A DNA stretch of 64,000 bases from Candidatus Acidiferrales bacterium (lineage in GTDB: Bacteria; Acidobacteriota; Terriglobia; Acidiferrales; UBA7541). The position numbers and the translations under genes were made by a program. Shown piece by piece: positions 46,418 to 55,562 of the stretch. The notes below the pieces were generated by a model. That model worked only from the letters and a program-made list of their open reading frames with translations. It did no database searches and was not told the DNA's origin. The stretch spans positions 27,462 to 91,461 of the forward strand of contig DATNLC010000032.1 in NCBI GenBank assembly GCA_035603075.1. Reading direction: 5' to 3'. Within the stretch, counting starts at the first letter, position 1. Each line of letters starts with the position of its first letter.

Positions 46418-49400
46418 ATGCGAAAATGTCTACTCACCCTCGCTTTAGCCGGGATTTGCACTGTGTCTCAGGCGCAGACTCTATGGAACGGCATCCTCGA
46501 CCCATCGCGCGCGATAGTATGGAATCCCGGCGCGCCGCTGATTAACGAAACCCGGACCCAGTGCGGCTCTACTATCGCGGCCTATACTGGAACCGCTGCG
46601 ACGATCAACAACGCGATTGCCGCGTGCGGCGCACACCAATATGTTCTTCTCGGTGCTGGCACATTCACTCTTTCATCGGGTATCAACTTCTTCAAAACCG
46701 GAACCACACCCAACAGTTATGTGACTCTCCGTGGTCAAGGCGCGAACTCGACGTTTATCGTCTTCTCGGGTTCGATCTCCAATTCCAATTACTGCAACGG
46801 TCACGATGTCTGCGCGGCGGGGGGAGACAACAACTACGCGAACGGCGGCGCGATTAACAGCGCAAATTGGCTGGGGAGTTGTATCACACTCCCATGCACA
46901 TCCGGGACCTACGCCAAAAACGCAGCCTATGTGTTATTGAGCGCCGACACCAATCTCTCCAACGGTGCACCACTCATCCTCGACCAGATCGACAATCAGA
47001 CCGACAACGGCAACCTCTACGTCGGGTGCGAGATTTACGATCAATCCAATCCCTGCTACAACGGTACCTCGACCAGCGGATTCCAGCGCGGGGATGGATC
47101 GCTCACCACTGTTCGCGGCCAGCAGCAAATCGTCAACGTCAACGGCACGATAACGGGCACGGGACCGTACACGGTACCGATCTCCCCCACCATTTACGCC
47201 GCGAACTGGAATTCCGCTCAATCTCCCGGCGCGTGGTGGTCGTCTATCCCTGTATACGGCGATGCAGTCGAAGACCTGTCGCTCGACCACACCAACAACG
47301 GGTCCACTGCGACGGATGGTATTATTTTCTACAACTGCACCGGATGCTGGGCGAAGGGTATCCGCAGCATCCGCAATAGTTCCACCTCCGCCAATTGGGG
47401 ACACGTGGATCTGGCATCGTGCAACAAATGCACCGTCCGGGATTCCTACTTTTGGGGATTCGCGTGCGGCACATCGGGAGGCAGTTGCGACACCTACGGC
47501 ATCCCGGCGCAGACCGCATCGGATGATCTGGTGGAGAATAATATTTCCCAACTCCCCGGCGAGACGCAGTTCTACAATTCCGACTGCGAGGGGTGCGCGG
47601 CGACATACAATTACGCCGCTGGCACGGGATTCAGTTCCGCGGGCTCCAACTGGCTGGGTGCGCCGAACCAGTTCCACTCGATAGTCCTGTTCGCGCTGGC
47701 CGAGGGGAATATCACCGCCGCCTACTATGGCGATAATTTCCACGGCTGCCACGATCTCAACACGTTTTTCCGCAACCGCTGGGACGGCTATCAGACCAAT
47801 CAAGGATACGTGACCAGTTCCGAAACCGTTCCTCTGCGCATGAACCCCTGTGATCGGTATGAGAATGGAATATTCAACGTCATTGGCAGCCAGTTGCTGC
47901 ACCAGCTCTACTCCTCGTCGCCGCCGGGCACCAACCTGTATACGTCGGTAGTCGGTCTCGGCACCTACCCCGAAGTAGGTCTGGCATGCGGGCCATCGAG
48001 TGGATTGATCGCGTGTGCGGATTCACTGGTCGCCACCACCCGGTATCTGTGGGGTAATTACGCGGAATGCAGATCGACCTCCACGTCGGCAGAATGTAAC
48101 GCCCAGAGTTTCAACTCCGCAGAAGTCCCCAGCAGCGGCCTCCCCGGTGGACTGTATCAAAACGCGGTACCATCCACGCACACTGCGCCACCGTCATTCC
48201 TGTATTCCTCGCAGCCATCGTGGTGGCCCGCGGGAAAAGTGTGGCCACCTGTGCATCCCGAAAACACCACAGGCGGGAACGCCGGCCAGTGCTACAAAAC
48301 ATCCACGGGCATCGCGCCATGCACCGACACGGGAGTCACATTTTGCTCCTCGGAAGCCACCAATGCCAGTCAATGCGGTAGCGGGGAGTCGTTTGCCCTG
48401 TCCGCTGGTGGCCGCGTCACCTCCAACCCCGCGATGGACTGCTACCTCAACACAATGAGCGGAGCGGCGAACGGCACCGGAGGCCCGTATGCGTTTGACA
48501 GGCTAACGTGTTACCCGGCAGCGAGCACTGCACCGGTAGTGTCGTTGTCCGCAACCACCCTGACATTCGGCCCACAGGCATCGGGGACTACCTCTGCTGG
48601 GCAGTCCATCACGGTCACCAACACGGGAACGGCCACCCTCAACATCTCATCCATCGCGATCGCCAATGTTCTGCCCACGAGCACGCAATTCGCGAACACC
48701 ACCACATGTGGATCGACATTAACCGCCTCGTCCAGTTGCACGATCACGGTCACATTCCACCCGACATATTTCGCACCCAAGACCGCTACTCTCGTCCTGA
48801 CCACAAACGCAACCTCCAGCCCGAACAACATCTCGCTCACCGGGATCGGTGCCCCGGCTGGCAGCAACATGGTACTCTATCAATCCGGCACCCATCCAGC
48901 GCAGCAAATCAACGCCTACGCTCCCCCGATCAATTCCAGTGTCAGCACATACTCCCACCTGATCGGCTCGGGGACGGGGATTCTGAATCTATTCACGCCG
49001 GGACAGTACCTGACTGGCGTCACTTGGTTCCCTAACGTAGGCTGCACGGCGTCCAACTGCACGGGAGCCAACGGCACCTACCTCGATCACGTCGGCACGT
49101 CTTCCATCGCGGGCGGTGGATGCCCGAATATCGTGTTCTCGGGGTCATCCCCGCAGGACATCGACAATGTGGTCGATAAAGTGGCCGCGCTCGGATACTG
49201 GAACAATTTCATCCCCGTCAATACCAGCTACGGCGCGGGCGGCGGGACAGGCAACACCGCGACTCCGGGATATGAGTTCACTCAGGATTGGGCGGATAAT
49301 CTCGACACCGATTGCGCGCACCAGAGCGGGGTGTTGTCCCGACAGAATAGCGGCTACTATCTTCCCGGTGACTACATCCTGTTCGGCGGACAGTACTGGC

Positions 49401-52400
49401 AGATGACCAAACTGACGTGCAGTAACGCGACTGGCACCGATACCCATTACGATGCCTGTAAGACTGCCACGTCTCCACCCGCATGTCTGCTCACTCCCAG
49501 TTCGCCATGCGTAGATGGAACCGGATCGTGCTCGACCGGGAATGCGGCATGCTGGACGCTCACTCCCAGCAGCGGCTTACACGCTCCTCCACAGGATGGC
49601 TGGTGCGATTCGACGTACCCCGGCAGTTTGTCGCTTCCTTGCTACTCGCTCGTGGTCAACGGCACCGCATCGATCAACGGCAGCGGAGTAGCGACGATTA
49701 CGGTAAGCAGCATTCCGACATACGCCAACGGTAACACGGGATTCATATCCGGAGTCAGCGGCGTCAACGGCTCCAATTTCAATTGCGGGTCGGCAACCAG
49801 CACCACCGCTACCATCCAGTCCATCAACCAGTCCACGAATCAGGTCTCCTATACATGCTCCCCGGCGCTCACTACGACTGCATCCACAACGCTCACCGGA
49901 GGCCAGATCAGCGCCGCTCATTCCCTCAACATCAATACCGCGCCACTACCCTTGCTGCAAGCCACATTCCCGATCCCGTATGAGTTGCCGAACCGGGTGA
50001 GACTGCAATCCCTGTGGGCGTCGATGGATACGCATTACAAAAACTCCATCGGGTATATCCGGATGGGACTCAGTAAGGGCGGCGAGTCCTCTCAAGACAA
50101 CAGCAACCTATGGCCGTGGTATACCGCGAACCAGTATCTGAGCTACGAAAAAGTCATGTATGCGTTTGAGTCCGGAGCGGGTGGCGGGACGGACTTTGCC
50201 TGCGTGGGGAATCTGAATACCAACCCGAATCAGGAAGCGGTCTATATTTATGGCGCGAATTGCGGCGGGGACAACAACGCTCTCAGCACCGATCACGCTT
50301 ATACGCTCGGATGTTATGCATCGACTCCAGCCCCCGCGTGGTGTGGGACGGTCACGTATAACAGTGGCGTCCCCGCCGACGGGTCACTTCTCCACGGTGG
50401 CAACTGGGCGGAGTTGTTCAAGACCTACAACACGACCACACCGAACGGTGACTATCCAACACAAACCATCCAGACCACGAATGCATCGAATCCGGGTTCG
50501 ACACCGGGGAATTGCTCAGTAAACACTTGTGCCAATGGCACCTGCACCGTGCCTAGTGGATCGCAGCCGATAACCGGATCGCTATCCATCGACACCGGAT
50601 GCACCAATACCACTCTCACCGGCGGAGGACCGTTCCCGGCACCCAATGGTTACCCCGGCGATCTCCCACTGATCCAGCAGTATCTGGCGACCAACTTAGA
50701 GGCTTACTTTTGCGACATCGCGCTGATGCTGGACCCGAATTACCCGCCGAGTGGGTGCTCATCGTATTCCCAGACCACATACGCGCCTTTGTATAAGAGT
50801 GCAGCCTCGACGTTTCTGACGCAATCCACCACTGTGCCTGTATTCACCAGCGCGGCGACCGCGTTCTTTACGATCAATGTGTTTAACACGTTTACGGTCG
50901 CGGCTACAGGGACGCCAACGCCGGCGTTTACGATTATTGGCGGGACGCTGCCGTCGGGAGTCACATTTGTAGACAATGGCACGGGAAACGCAACATTGAG
51001 TGGCACACCGACAACGGTGGCGGTAGTGACGTTGACTATTCACGCGGCCAACTCAGCCGGATCGGTCAACCAGACATTCACGCTCAATATCATCCCCGGT
51101 GGATCGTGTTTTGGGTGCAGTGGGGTGGGAACGGGGCAGTTTGTAATCAGTGGCGCGGCCAGCAATTTTCCCACTACTCCCGCCGATGACATGTATTGCG
51201 GCACGTCGGGGACTCCGACATGGGGCGTGAGTGATGGGCCTGCGACATTGCCGACTGATTGCCTGAATACCAATCCGGCCAACTCCCCCGCGACCGGATC
51301 GGTGGTGAATGTGACCACGGCAGGACAATTAACGACCGCGCTGGCAGCGGCATCCTGTGGCCAACAGATCACTCTCGCCGCCGGATCGTCGTTCTCGGGG
51401 AATTTCACCGCACCCGCCCTCAGTTGCCCATCGAATAACTGGCTGATTATTCAGTCCTCGGCGGTGTCGTCTCTCCCCGTCTACAGCGCGCGTTATTCGA
51501 CTACTTACGAAGGCGCGACCGTGTATCTACCGCAATTCAGTCCGTGCTACTCGGGGGTAACCTCTCTTACTGGCCGTCCGACCATGCACTGCCCGAGCAC
51601 TCCGGGCACCTACACGGCACAGATCATCACGCCCAATTCGACCGCCGCGCTCACACTGTCCGCCAACACATCCAATGTCCGATTTATCGGGATCGAGTTC
51701 ACCCGCACCGCGTCCACTGGTCTCACCACTCAACTTATCGGCATGGGCGGGGTGGGGGGGATTTCGCACGTCATCTTCGACCGGGTATGGTGCCACGGTG
51801 ACGAGAATCAGGACGAGACCACCAGATGTTTCAGCGCGACACAAACCGACCACGTAGCGGTCATAGACAGTTATTTCAACGATTTCTATTGCATCTCAGT
51901 CTCGGGCGCGTGTGTCGATTCCCAAACTCTCATCACTGGCCTCGACGCAGCCAACACCACGGGCGAGAACACGCTCAAAGTGGTCAACAACTACCTTGAA
52001 GCTGCCGGGGAGACAATGGAGTTCGGCGGCGGTGCGGCGACCGCGGTCCCTTACAATTTCGAGATCCGGCTCAATTTGATGACGAAACCGTTGCAGTGGA
52101 ATCCATCCGATCCGAGTTATAACGGCGGCATCGGCGGGCATGCCTTGGTTGTCAAAAACCTATACGAAATGAAAACGGGGAATCTAACGTTATTCGAGGG
52201 GAATCAGTTATTCAACGTCTGGGCAGGATTCACGCAAACCGGTACGGCTATCCCAATCGGTGCCAAGAACCAAAGCGGCGGCTGTTCCGTGTGCGAGATC
52301 ACCAACCTGGTCATGCGGTATTCGACGGTTAACACGGCGGGCTTGATGACGGATATCAGCATCGGTCCCAGCGACACCAACGCGATGGCGGCGGCGCAAA

Positions 52401-53005
52401 ACGCTATCTCGGTCCACGATCTGATCGGTGACAATCTGGGGTACTCGACGTGCAACTCGTGCTCGGTGACCAATCCCATGATCGGGTTGACGGAAAGCGA
52501 CCAGTACATCACATCGACCGCGCAAGCCGAGCACAATGTCACCGTCAATCACGTCACGATGGTGGGGGCGAACGGAGCCACGGCATTGCAGGGAGCGTTG
52601 GGATTGTCGGGGATGTTGCAATCGACCGGGTTCCAGATGTACGGGATGACGTTTACGAACAACGTGTTCGTGACACAGGACTTCGGCACTCAGAACGTGC
52701 TCGGGAACGGCAGCGTTAACTGCGCTTATGGAGTCACAGCGGGCGCGGCGGCGATCAACGCGTGCTGGACCGGATCGACGTTTGGCGGGAATTGCATTAT
52801 CGGGACGCCGACGAGAACGTGGCCGGGGGTGAATAATGTGACCAGTATCGCAACACAATCCAGCGTTTATACAAGTTGGAATAACGGCGAGAACGGCACG
52901 TATACTATCGCGGCTGGAGCCTGCAAGGGGATAGGCACTGACACTCTCGATCCGGGAGCGAATGTGAGTGAAGTAGCGAGCGTAATCGCGGGCAACCATC
53001 CATAG
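46418..53005 (+). CDS. giant multidomain spike/depolymerase-like protein (2195 aa) with a signal peptide, two beta-helix regions and Ig-like domains
   Basis: ATG 46418 gives MRKCLLTLALAGICTVSQAQ. Beta-helix-like rungs appear (IIFYNCTGCWAKGIRSIRNSS..HVDLASCNKCTVRDSYFWGF). An Ig-like module follows (LSATTLTFGPQASGTTSAGQSITVTNTGTATLNISSI). A He_PIG-like motif is present (GGTLPSGVTFVDNGTGNATLSGTPT). A second beta-helix region includes VRFIGIEFTR...VIFDRVWCHGD...VVNNYLEAAGETMEFGGG. Confidence 0.65.
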   Translation: MRKCLLTLALAGICTVSQAQTLWNGILDPSRAIVWNPGAPLINETRTQCGSTIAAYTGTAATINNAIAACGAHQYVLLGAGTFTLSSGINFFKTGTTPNSYVTLRGQGANSTFIVFSGSISNSNYCNGHDVCAAGGDNNYANGGAINSANWLGSCITLPCTSGTYAKNAAYVLLSADTNLSNGAPLILDQIDNQTDNGNLYVGCEIYDQSNPCYNGTSTSGFQRGDGSLTTVRGQQQIVNVNGTITGTGPYTVPISPTIYAANWNSAQSPGAWWSSIPVYGDAVEDLSLDHTNNGSTATDGIIFYNCTGCWAKGIRSIRNSSTSANWGHVDLASCNKCTVRDSYFWGFACGTSGGSCDTYGIPAQTASDDLVENNISQLPGETQFYNSDCEGCAATYNYAAGTGFSSAGSNWLGAPNQFHSIVLFALAEGNITAAYYGDNFHGCHDLNTFFRNRWDGYQTNQGYVTSSETVPLRMNPCDRYENGIFNVIGSQLLHQLYSSSPPGTNLYTSVVGLGTYPEVGLACGPSSGLIACADSLVATTRYLWGNYAECRSTSTSAECNAQSFNSAEVPSSGLPGGLYQNAVPSTHTAPPSFLYSSQPSWWPAGKVWPPVHPENTTGGNAGQCYKTSTGIAPCTDTGVTFCSSEATNASQCGSGESFALSAGGRVTSNPAMDCYLNTMSGAANGTGGPYAFDRLTCYPAASTAPVVSLSATTLTFGPQASGTTSAGQSITVTNTGTATLNISSIAIANVLPTSTQFANTTTCGSTLTASSSCTITVTFHPTYFAPKTATLVLTTNATSSPNNISLTGIGAPAGSNMVLYQSGTHPAQQINAYAPPINSSVSTYSHLIGSGTGILNLFTPGQYLTGVTWFPNVGCTASNCTGANGTYLDHVGTSSIAGGGCPNIVFSGSSPQDIDNVVDKVAALGYWNNFIPVNTSYGAGGGTGNTATPGYEFTQDWADNLDTDCAHQSGVLSRQNSGYYLPGDYILFGGQYWQMTKLTCSNATGTDTHYDACKTATSPPACLLTPSSPCVDGTGSCSTGNAACWTLTPSSGLHAPPQDGWCDSTYPGSLSLPCYSLVVNGTASINGSGVATITVSSIPTYANGNTGFISGVSGVNGSNFNCGSATSTTATIQSINQSTNQVSYTCSPALTTTASTTLTGGQISAAHSLNINTAPLPLLQATFPIPYELPNRVRLQSLWASMDTHYKNSIGYIRMGLSKGGESSQDNSNLWPWYTANQYLSYEKVMYAFESGAGGGTDFACVGNLNTNPNQEAVYIYGANCGGDNNALSTDHAYTLGCYASTPAPAWCGTVTYNSGVPADGSLLHGGNWAELFKTYNTTTPNGDYPTQTIQTTNASNPGSTPGNCSVNTCANGTCTVPSGSQPITGSLSIDTGCTNTTLTGGGPFPAPNGYPGDLPLIQQYLATNLEAYFCDIALMLDPNYPPSGCSSYSQTTYAPLYKSAASTFLTQSTTVPVFTSAATAFFTINVFNTFTVAATGTPTPAFTIIGGTLPSGVTFVDNGTGNATLSGTPTTVAVVTLTIHAANSAGSVNQTFTLNIIPGGSCFGCSGVGTGQFVISGAASNFPTTPADDMYCGTSGTPTWGVSDGPATLPTDCLNTNPANSPATGSVVNVTTAGQLTTALAAASCGQQITLAAGSSFSGNFTAPALSCPSNNWLIIQSSAVSSLPVYSARYSTTYEGATVYLPQFSPCYSGVTSLTGRPTMHCPSTPGTYTAQIITPNSTAALTLSANTSNVRFIGIEFTRTASTGLTTQLIGMGGVGGISHVIFDRVWCHGDENQDETTRCFSATQTDHVAVIDSYFNDFYCISVSGACVDSQTLITGLDAANTTGENTLKVVNNYLEAAGETMEFGGGAATAVPYNFEIRLNLMTKPLQWNPSDPSYNGGIGGHALVVKNLYEMKTGNLTLFEGNQLFNVWAGFTQTGTAIPIGAKNQSGGCSVCEITNLVMRYSTVNTAGLMTDISIGPSDTNAMAAAQNAISVHDLIGDNLGYSTCNSCSVTNPMIGLTESDQYITSTAQAEHNVTVNHVTMVGANGATALQGALGLSGMLQSTGFQMYGMTFTNNVFVTQDFGTQNVLGNGSVNCAYGVTAGAAAINACWTGSTFGGNCIIGTPTRTWPGVNNVTSIATQSSVYTSWNNGENGTYTIAAGACKGIGTDTLDPGANVSEVASVIAGNHP

Positions 53006-53060
53006 GAGATTGTTGACGCGGGTGGTACGATATCAGTGAAAGGAAAGGACCCCTCCGATA

Positions 53061-53471
53061 ATGAAACGACTGATCTGTACACTGGCACTGTTGTCGATCT
53101 GGCTCGCGTTGCCGACCGTATCCGCTGCCGCGCAATCGACGGTTGCAGGAACGGGCCAATTCACATGGACCGTGACTGGATTCGGCGAGACCGGAACTGG
53201 AACCTATACATGTCAGAGTGGTCCCGGTACTCTGTTTCCGCCCTGCCAGATCGTCGATGACACCACGCATGTACCGCCGCAGTTGGGTGTGGCGTTCACG
53301 ATGACGATTCCAACGGTTGGGCCGAAGACGAGCGTCACATGCACGCTAACAAGTGGAACATTGCCATCGTGGATGACGCTGAAATCGAGCGGGATTAACT
53401 GTGTGTTGACGGGGACGCCGACTACGACCGGGGCGGGTACGAGTATCGCATTGAGCTTCACTGGAAGTTAA
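53061..53471 (+). CDS. small exported Ig-like (He_PIG-like) protein
   Basis: The N-terminus is MKRLICTLALLSIWLALPTVSAAAQ. The C-terminal motif is SGTLPSWMTLKSSGINCVLTGTPTTTGAGT. Confidence 0.5.
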   Translation: MKRLICTLALLSIWLALPTVSAAAQSTVAGTGQFTWTVTGFGETGTGTYTCQSGPGTLFPPCQIVDDTTHVPPQLGVAFTMTIPTVGPKTSVTCTLTSGTLPSWMTLKSSGINCVLTGTPTTTGAGTSIALSFTGS

Positions 53472-53765
53472 ATGCGGCGACTGCTCATTTTCGGGTGCTT
53501 GATGCTCTGTGGTTGTGCCGCCAAAACCCCTGCGGCTGCTCCAGCGATAGCCGCGCCGGACATTGGCATCATCCAGCCACCGCCGATGCAAGTGCTCGAA
53601 GTTTCGCTCGGCGAGCGGGTCAATCGCGCGCTATATCGGGCAGGCAATTGCCGTATCACCGCTGGTACATTTCCCAAGGGATTAAAACTATCCCGCCAGA
53701 GTGGATCGTGCTGGGCATCCGGCGTGGCGTTACAAGCGGGAGTGTTTCGGTTTATCGCAAACTGA
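53472..53765 (+). CDS. small lipoprotein with a degenerate He_PIG-like motif
   Basis: MRRLLIFGCLMLCGCAAKT has a lipobox-like L-C-G-C. Further in, it reads AGTFPKGLKLSRQSGSCWASGVALQAGVF. Confidence 0.5.
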   Translation: MRRLLIFGCLMLCGCAAKTPAAAPAIAAPDIGIIQPPPMQVLEVSLGERVNRALYRAGNCRITAGTFPKGLKLSRQSGSCWASGVALQAGVFRFIAN

Positions 53766-53777
53766 CAGGAGTCGTTT

Positions 53778-54740
53778 ATGTCCAATCCCAAAGTCGCTCT
53801 CAACGTCGCCTTCCCCTCCGATCCCACTGCGGTCGCCAAATATCTCCTGCCCAACAAAACCGTCACCGGCGCGCTGATCGGGGTGAACTGGTCCTCTATC
53901 GACAACGGCAAGAGCTACAATTTCGCTTCCGTCGATCAGCAGATCGCTACGTGGACCAAAGCAGGCAAAGTGGCCAACCTCGTGATCTGGGCGGTGTCAG
54001 ATTCGGGCTCCGGCCAGTATGGCAATGCCTCAACTCCGCAGTACATCTGGGACGGATTAGGCCCCGAAAATTACACCACGCTCGACACCCAGGCTGGCTC
54101 ACAACGGATACCGAACTATTTCGACGAATTCTACCAGCAGCGATGGCAGTTGTTCATCCAGAATCTCGCAGTTCACTGCCGGGGGAAAGTGGGCTACATC
54201 CGTCCCGGTCTGGGTCATGGCGGGGAAACAATCCCCGGCGCGGGCTGGCAGAACAGTCCCGCATTCAAGCAGTGGGGTGTCACGGTTGAGACGTGGATGG
54301 CGTACCTGAATAATTGCCTCGAATATCTTGGGGAGTTCAAGGGCATAGATTGGGCAGTTGGAATTACGCCGATGGGGAGTCCGAGCACACAGGTTCCCGA
54401 CTTTCTGGCTGGAGTTGCCGCGTCACTCGGTTTCCAGTTCGGCTCTCAGGGACTTGAGTTGAGCGACCTGACCGCGAAAGTGACGACCGCGAACTGGCTG
54501 GGAAACTTCGCTAAATATCCGAACGTCAGGCACGAGTTGCAAACTATCGCCGCATCGTGCCCGCAGAACAATTGTCCGACGGGATCGCTGGTGGAATTGG
54601 TGCCATTCGCGGTCAAAAATGGATGCGATGTGCTGGAATTGTATTGCTCCGACTGGATGATCGCGTATGATCCCGCTAATCCTCTATACGCGGAGTACGG
54701 CAAACAGTACGCCACTGTGCTCGAATCGGTGAACGGATGA
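53778..54740 (+). CDS. TIM-barrel glycoside-hydrolase-like protein (tentative)
   Basis: 320 aa with no signal peptide. Patterns such as GVNWSSIDNGKSYNFASVDQQIATWTKAGKVANLVIW and YIRPGLGHGGE resemble GH clan A enzymes. The assignment is weak. Confidence 0.3.
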   Translation: MSNPKVALNVAFPSDPTAVAKYLLPNKTVTGALIGVNWSSIDNGKSYNFASVDQQIATWTKAGKVANLVIWAVSDSGSGQYGNASTPQYIWDGLGPENYTTLDTQAGSQRIPNYFDEFYQQRWQLFIQNLAVHCRGKVGYIRPGLGHGGETIPGAGWQNSPAFKQWGVTVETWMAYLNNCLEYLGEFKGIDWAVGITPMGSPSTQVPDFLAGVAASLGFQFGSQGLELSDLTAKVTTANWLGNFAKYPNVRHELQTIAASCPQNNCPTGSLVELVPFAVKNGCDVLELYCSDWMIAYDPANPLYAEYGKQYATVLESVNG

Positions 54741-55228
54741 ACTGGTCTCTCGCATGGCACTGGCTCTGGTTTTTTATCGGTGCCCTTACCTACATGGCGC
54801 AGCGCGCGTATTACGGCGTGCAGGGACCGCGTCCGGTTGCGACCAGTTATCCGAACTACGTTTACCGCTGCTGGGGACCATTGCTGTTCCGGTTTGTCGT
54901 TGACAGCGCCTTTTACTGGGCAACGTTTACTCCGATTCTGCTGGCAGGAATGTTGCACGCCCTCGGTTGGGAGACATTCGCGTCGGAAGTGGAAGGCGTG
55001 ACTCAGTACGGCGTATTTGCGCTGGCGTTCGGGCTGGTAATCGATGTAGCGGTGGATTTCAGCGTCACCAAGATACCGCTGCTGAAAGATATCTGGCCGC
55101 AAATGCCGCCTGCGTTACCTCAACCCGCCGTCGTACAGTCCGCGATTGTCGAAACTACACAAACCACCAAAGTGACAGAATTAGCGACGAAGACTACCAT
55201 GATCCCGGACCCGAAGGAGTCCAAATAA
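54737..55228 (+). CDS. integral membrane protein (3-4 TM), holin candidate
   Basis: 163 aa with an ATGA overlap to the previous gene. Hydrophobic helices are followed by a polar C-terminal tail. Confidence 0.45.
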   Translation: MNWSLAWHWLWFFIGALTYMAQRAYYGVQGPRPVATSYPNYVYRCWGPLLFRFVVDSAFYWATFTPILLAGMLHALGWETFASEVEGVTQYGVFALAFGLVIDVAVDFSVTKIPLLKDIWPQMPPALPQPAVVQSAIVETTQTTKVTELATKTTMIPDPKESK

Positions 55229-55473
55229 TGCTGGCAACAATATCCAGTTGGATGCTGCGTCTACCGGATGCGGGCGGCGGCGATCTGATTCACTTCCTCG
55301 TTGGATTCCTGATCCTGTGCTGCGTAATCGCGTGCGTGATCATTCTGGTCAAATGGCTGTGCGGGCTGATGGGAGTCACCATCCCTCCGCCACTGATGGC
55401 CGTGCTGGGGATTATTCTGTTCATCATCCTGTTGCTGATGCTGCTCAACTACAGCGGTTACTACCGGTTCTGA
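55228..55473 (+). CDS. small 2-TM membrane protein, holin/antiholin candidate
   Basis: GAAGGAG lies 8 nt before ATG 55228, which overlaps the previous TAA. 81 aa. It has two strongly hydrophobic helices (LIHFLVGFLILCCVIACVIILV and LMAVLGIILFIILLLMLL). Confidence 0.5.
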   Translation: MLATISSWMLRLPDAGGGDLIHFLVGFLILCCVIACVIILVKWLCGLMGVTIPPPLMAVLGIILFIILLLMLLNYSGYYRF

Positions 55474-55521
55474 CGAGCCGGCAATACGCTGTCCGGATTA
55501 TGGAAAATGTAATAAAATTCG

Positions 55522-55549
55522 TTGCAAGCCACTCCGTCGAGACTAGACT
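55522..55549 (+). promoter_or_regulatory. sigma70-like promoter candidate
   Basis: TTGCAA (55522-55527), a 16-nt spacer, then TAGACT (55544-55549). AGGAG and ATG 55563 follow. It lies in an AT-rich 89-nt spacer. Confidence 0.3.
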
Positions 55550-55562
55550 AGGAGCGCTGTGA

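Noticed and set aside
46934-47902. 322-aa minus-strand ORF. Similar long antisense ORFs occur at 52208-52999, 9761-10666, 30217-31113, 29907-30596, 6753-7445, 7174-7851, 8087-8662 and 12390-13016.
   Set aside because: These are Arg/Gly/His-rich shadow ORFs of the kind produced opposite GC-rich coding sequence. Each lies fully inside a plus-strand gene with clear motifs or synteny, and none has a credible SD or start context.
13613-53005. Diversity-generating retroelement acting on the fibre genes
   Set aside because: I looked for a reverse transcriptase ORF and for a near-identical template/variable repeat pair with adenine-specific differences and found neither. The internal repeats differ at all base types and mostly at synonymous sites.
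53010-53040. TTGACG upstream of gene 53061 as a -35 box
   Set aside because: No acceptable -10 hexamer lies 16-18 nt downstream. The candidates TACGAT and TATCAG are at the wrong spacing.
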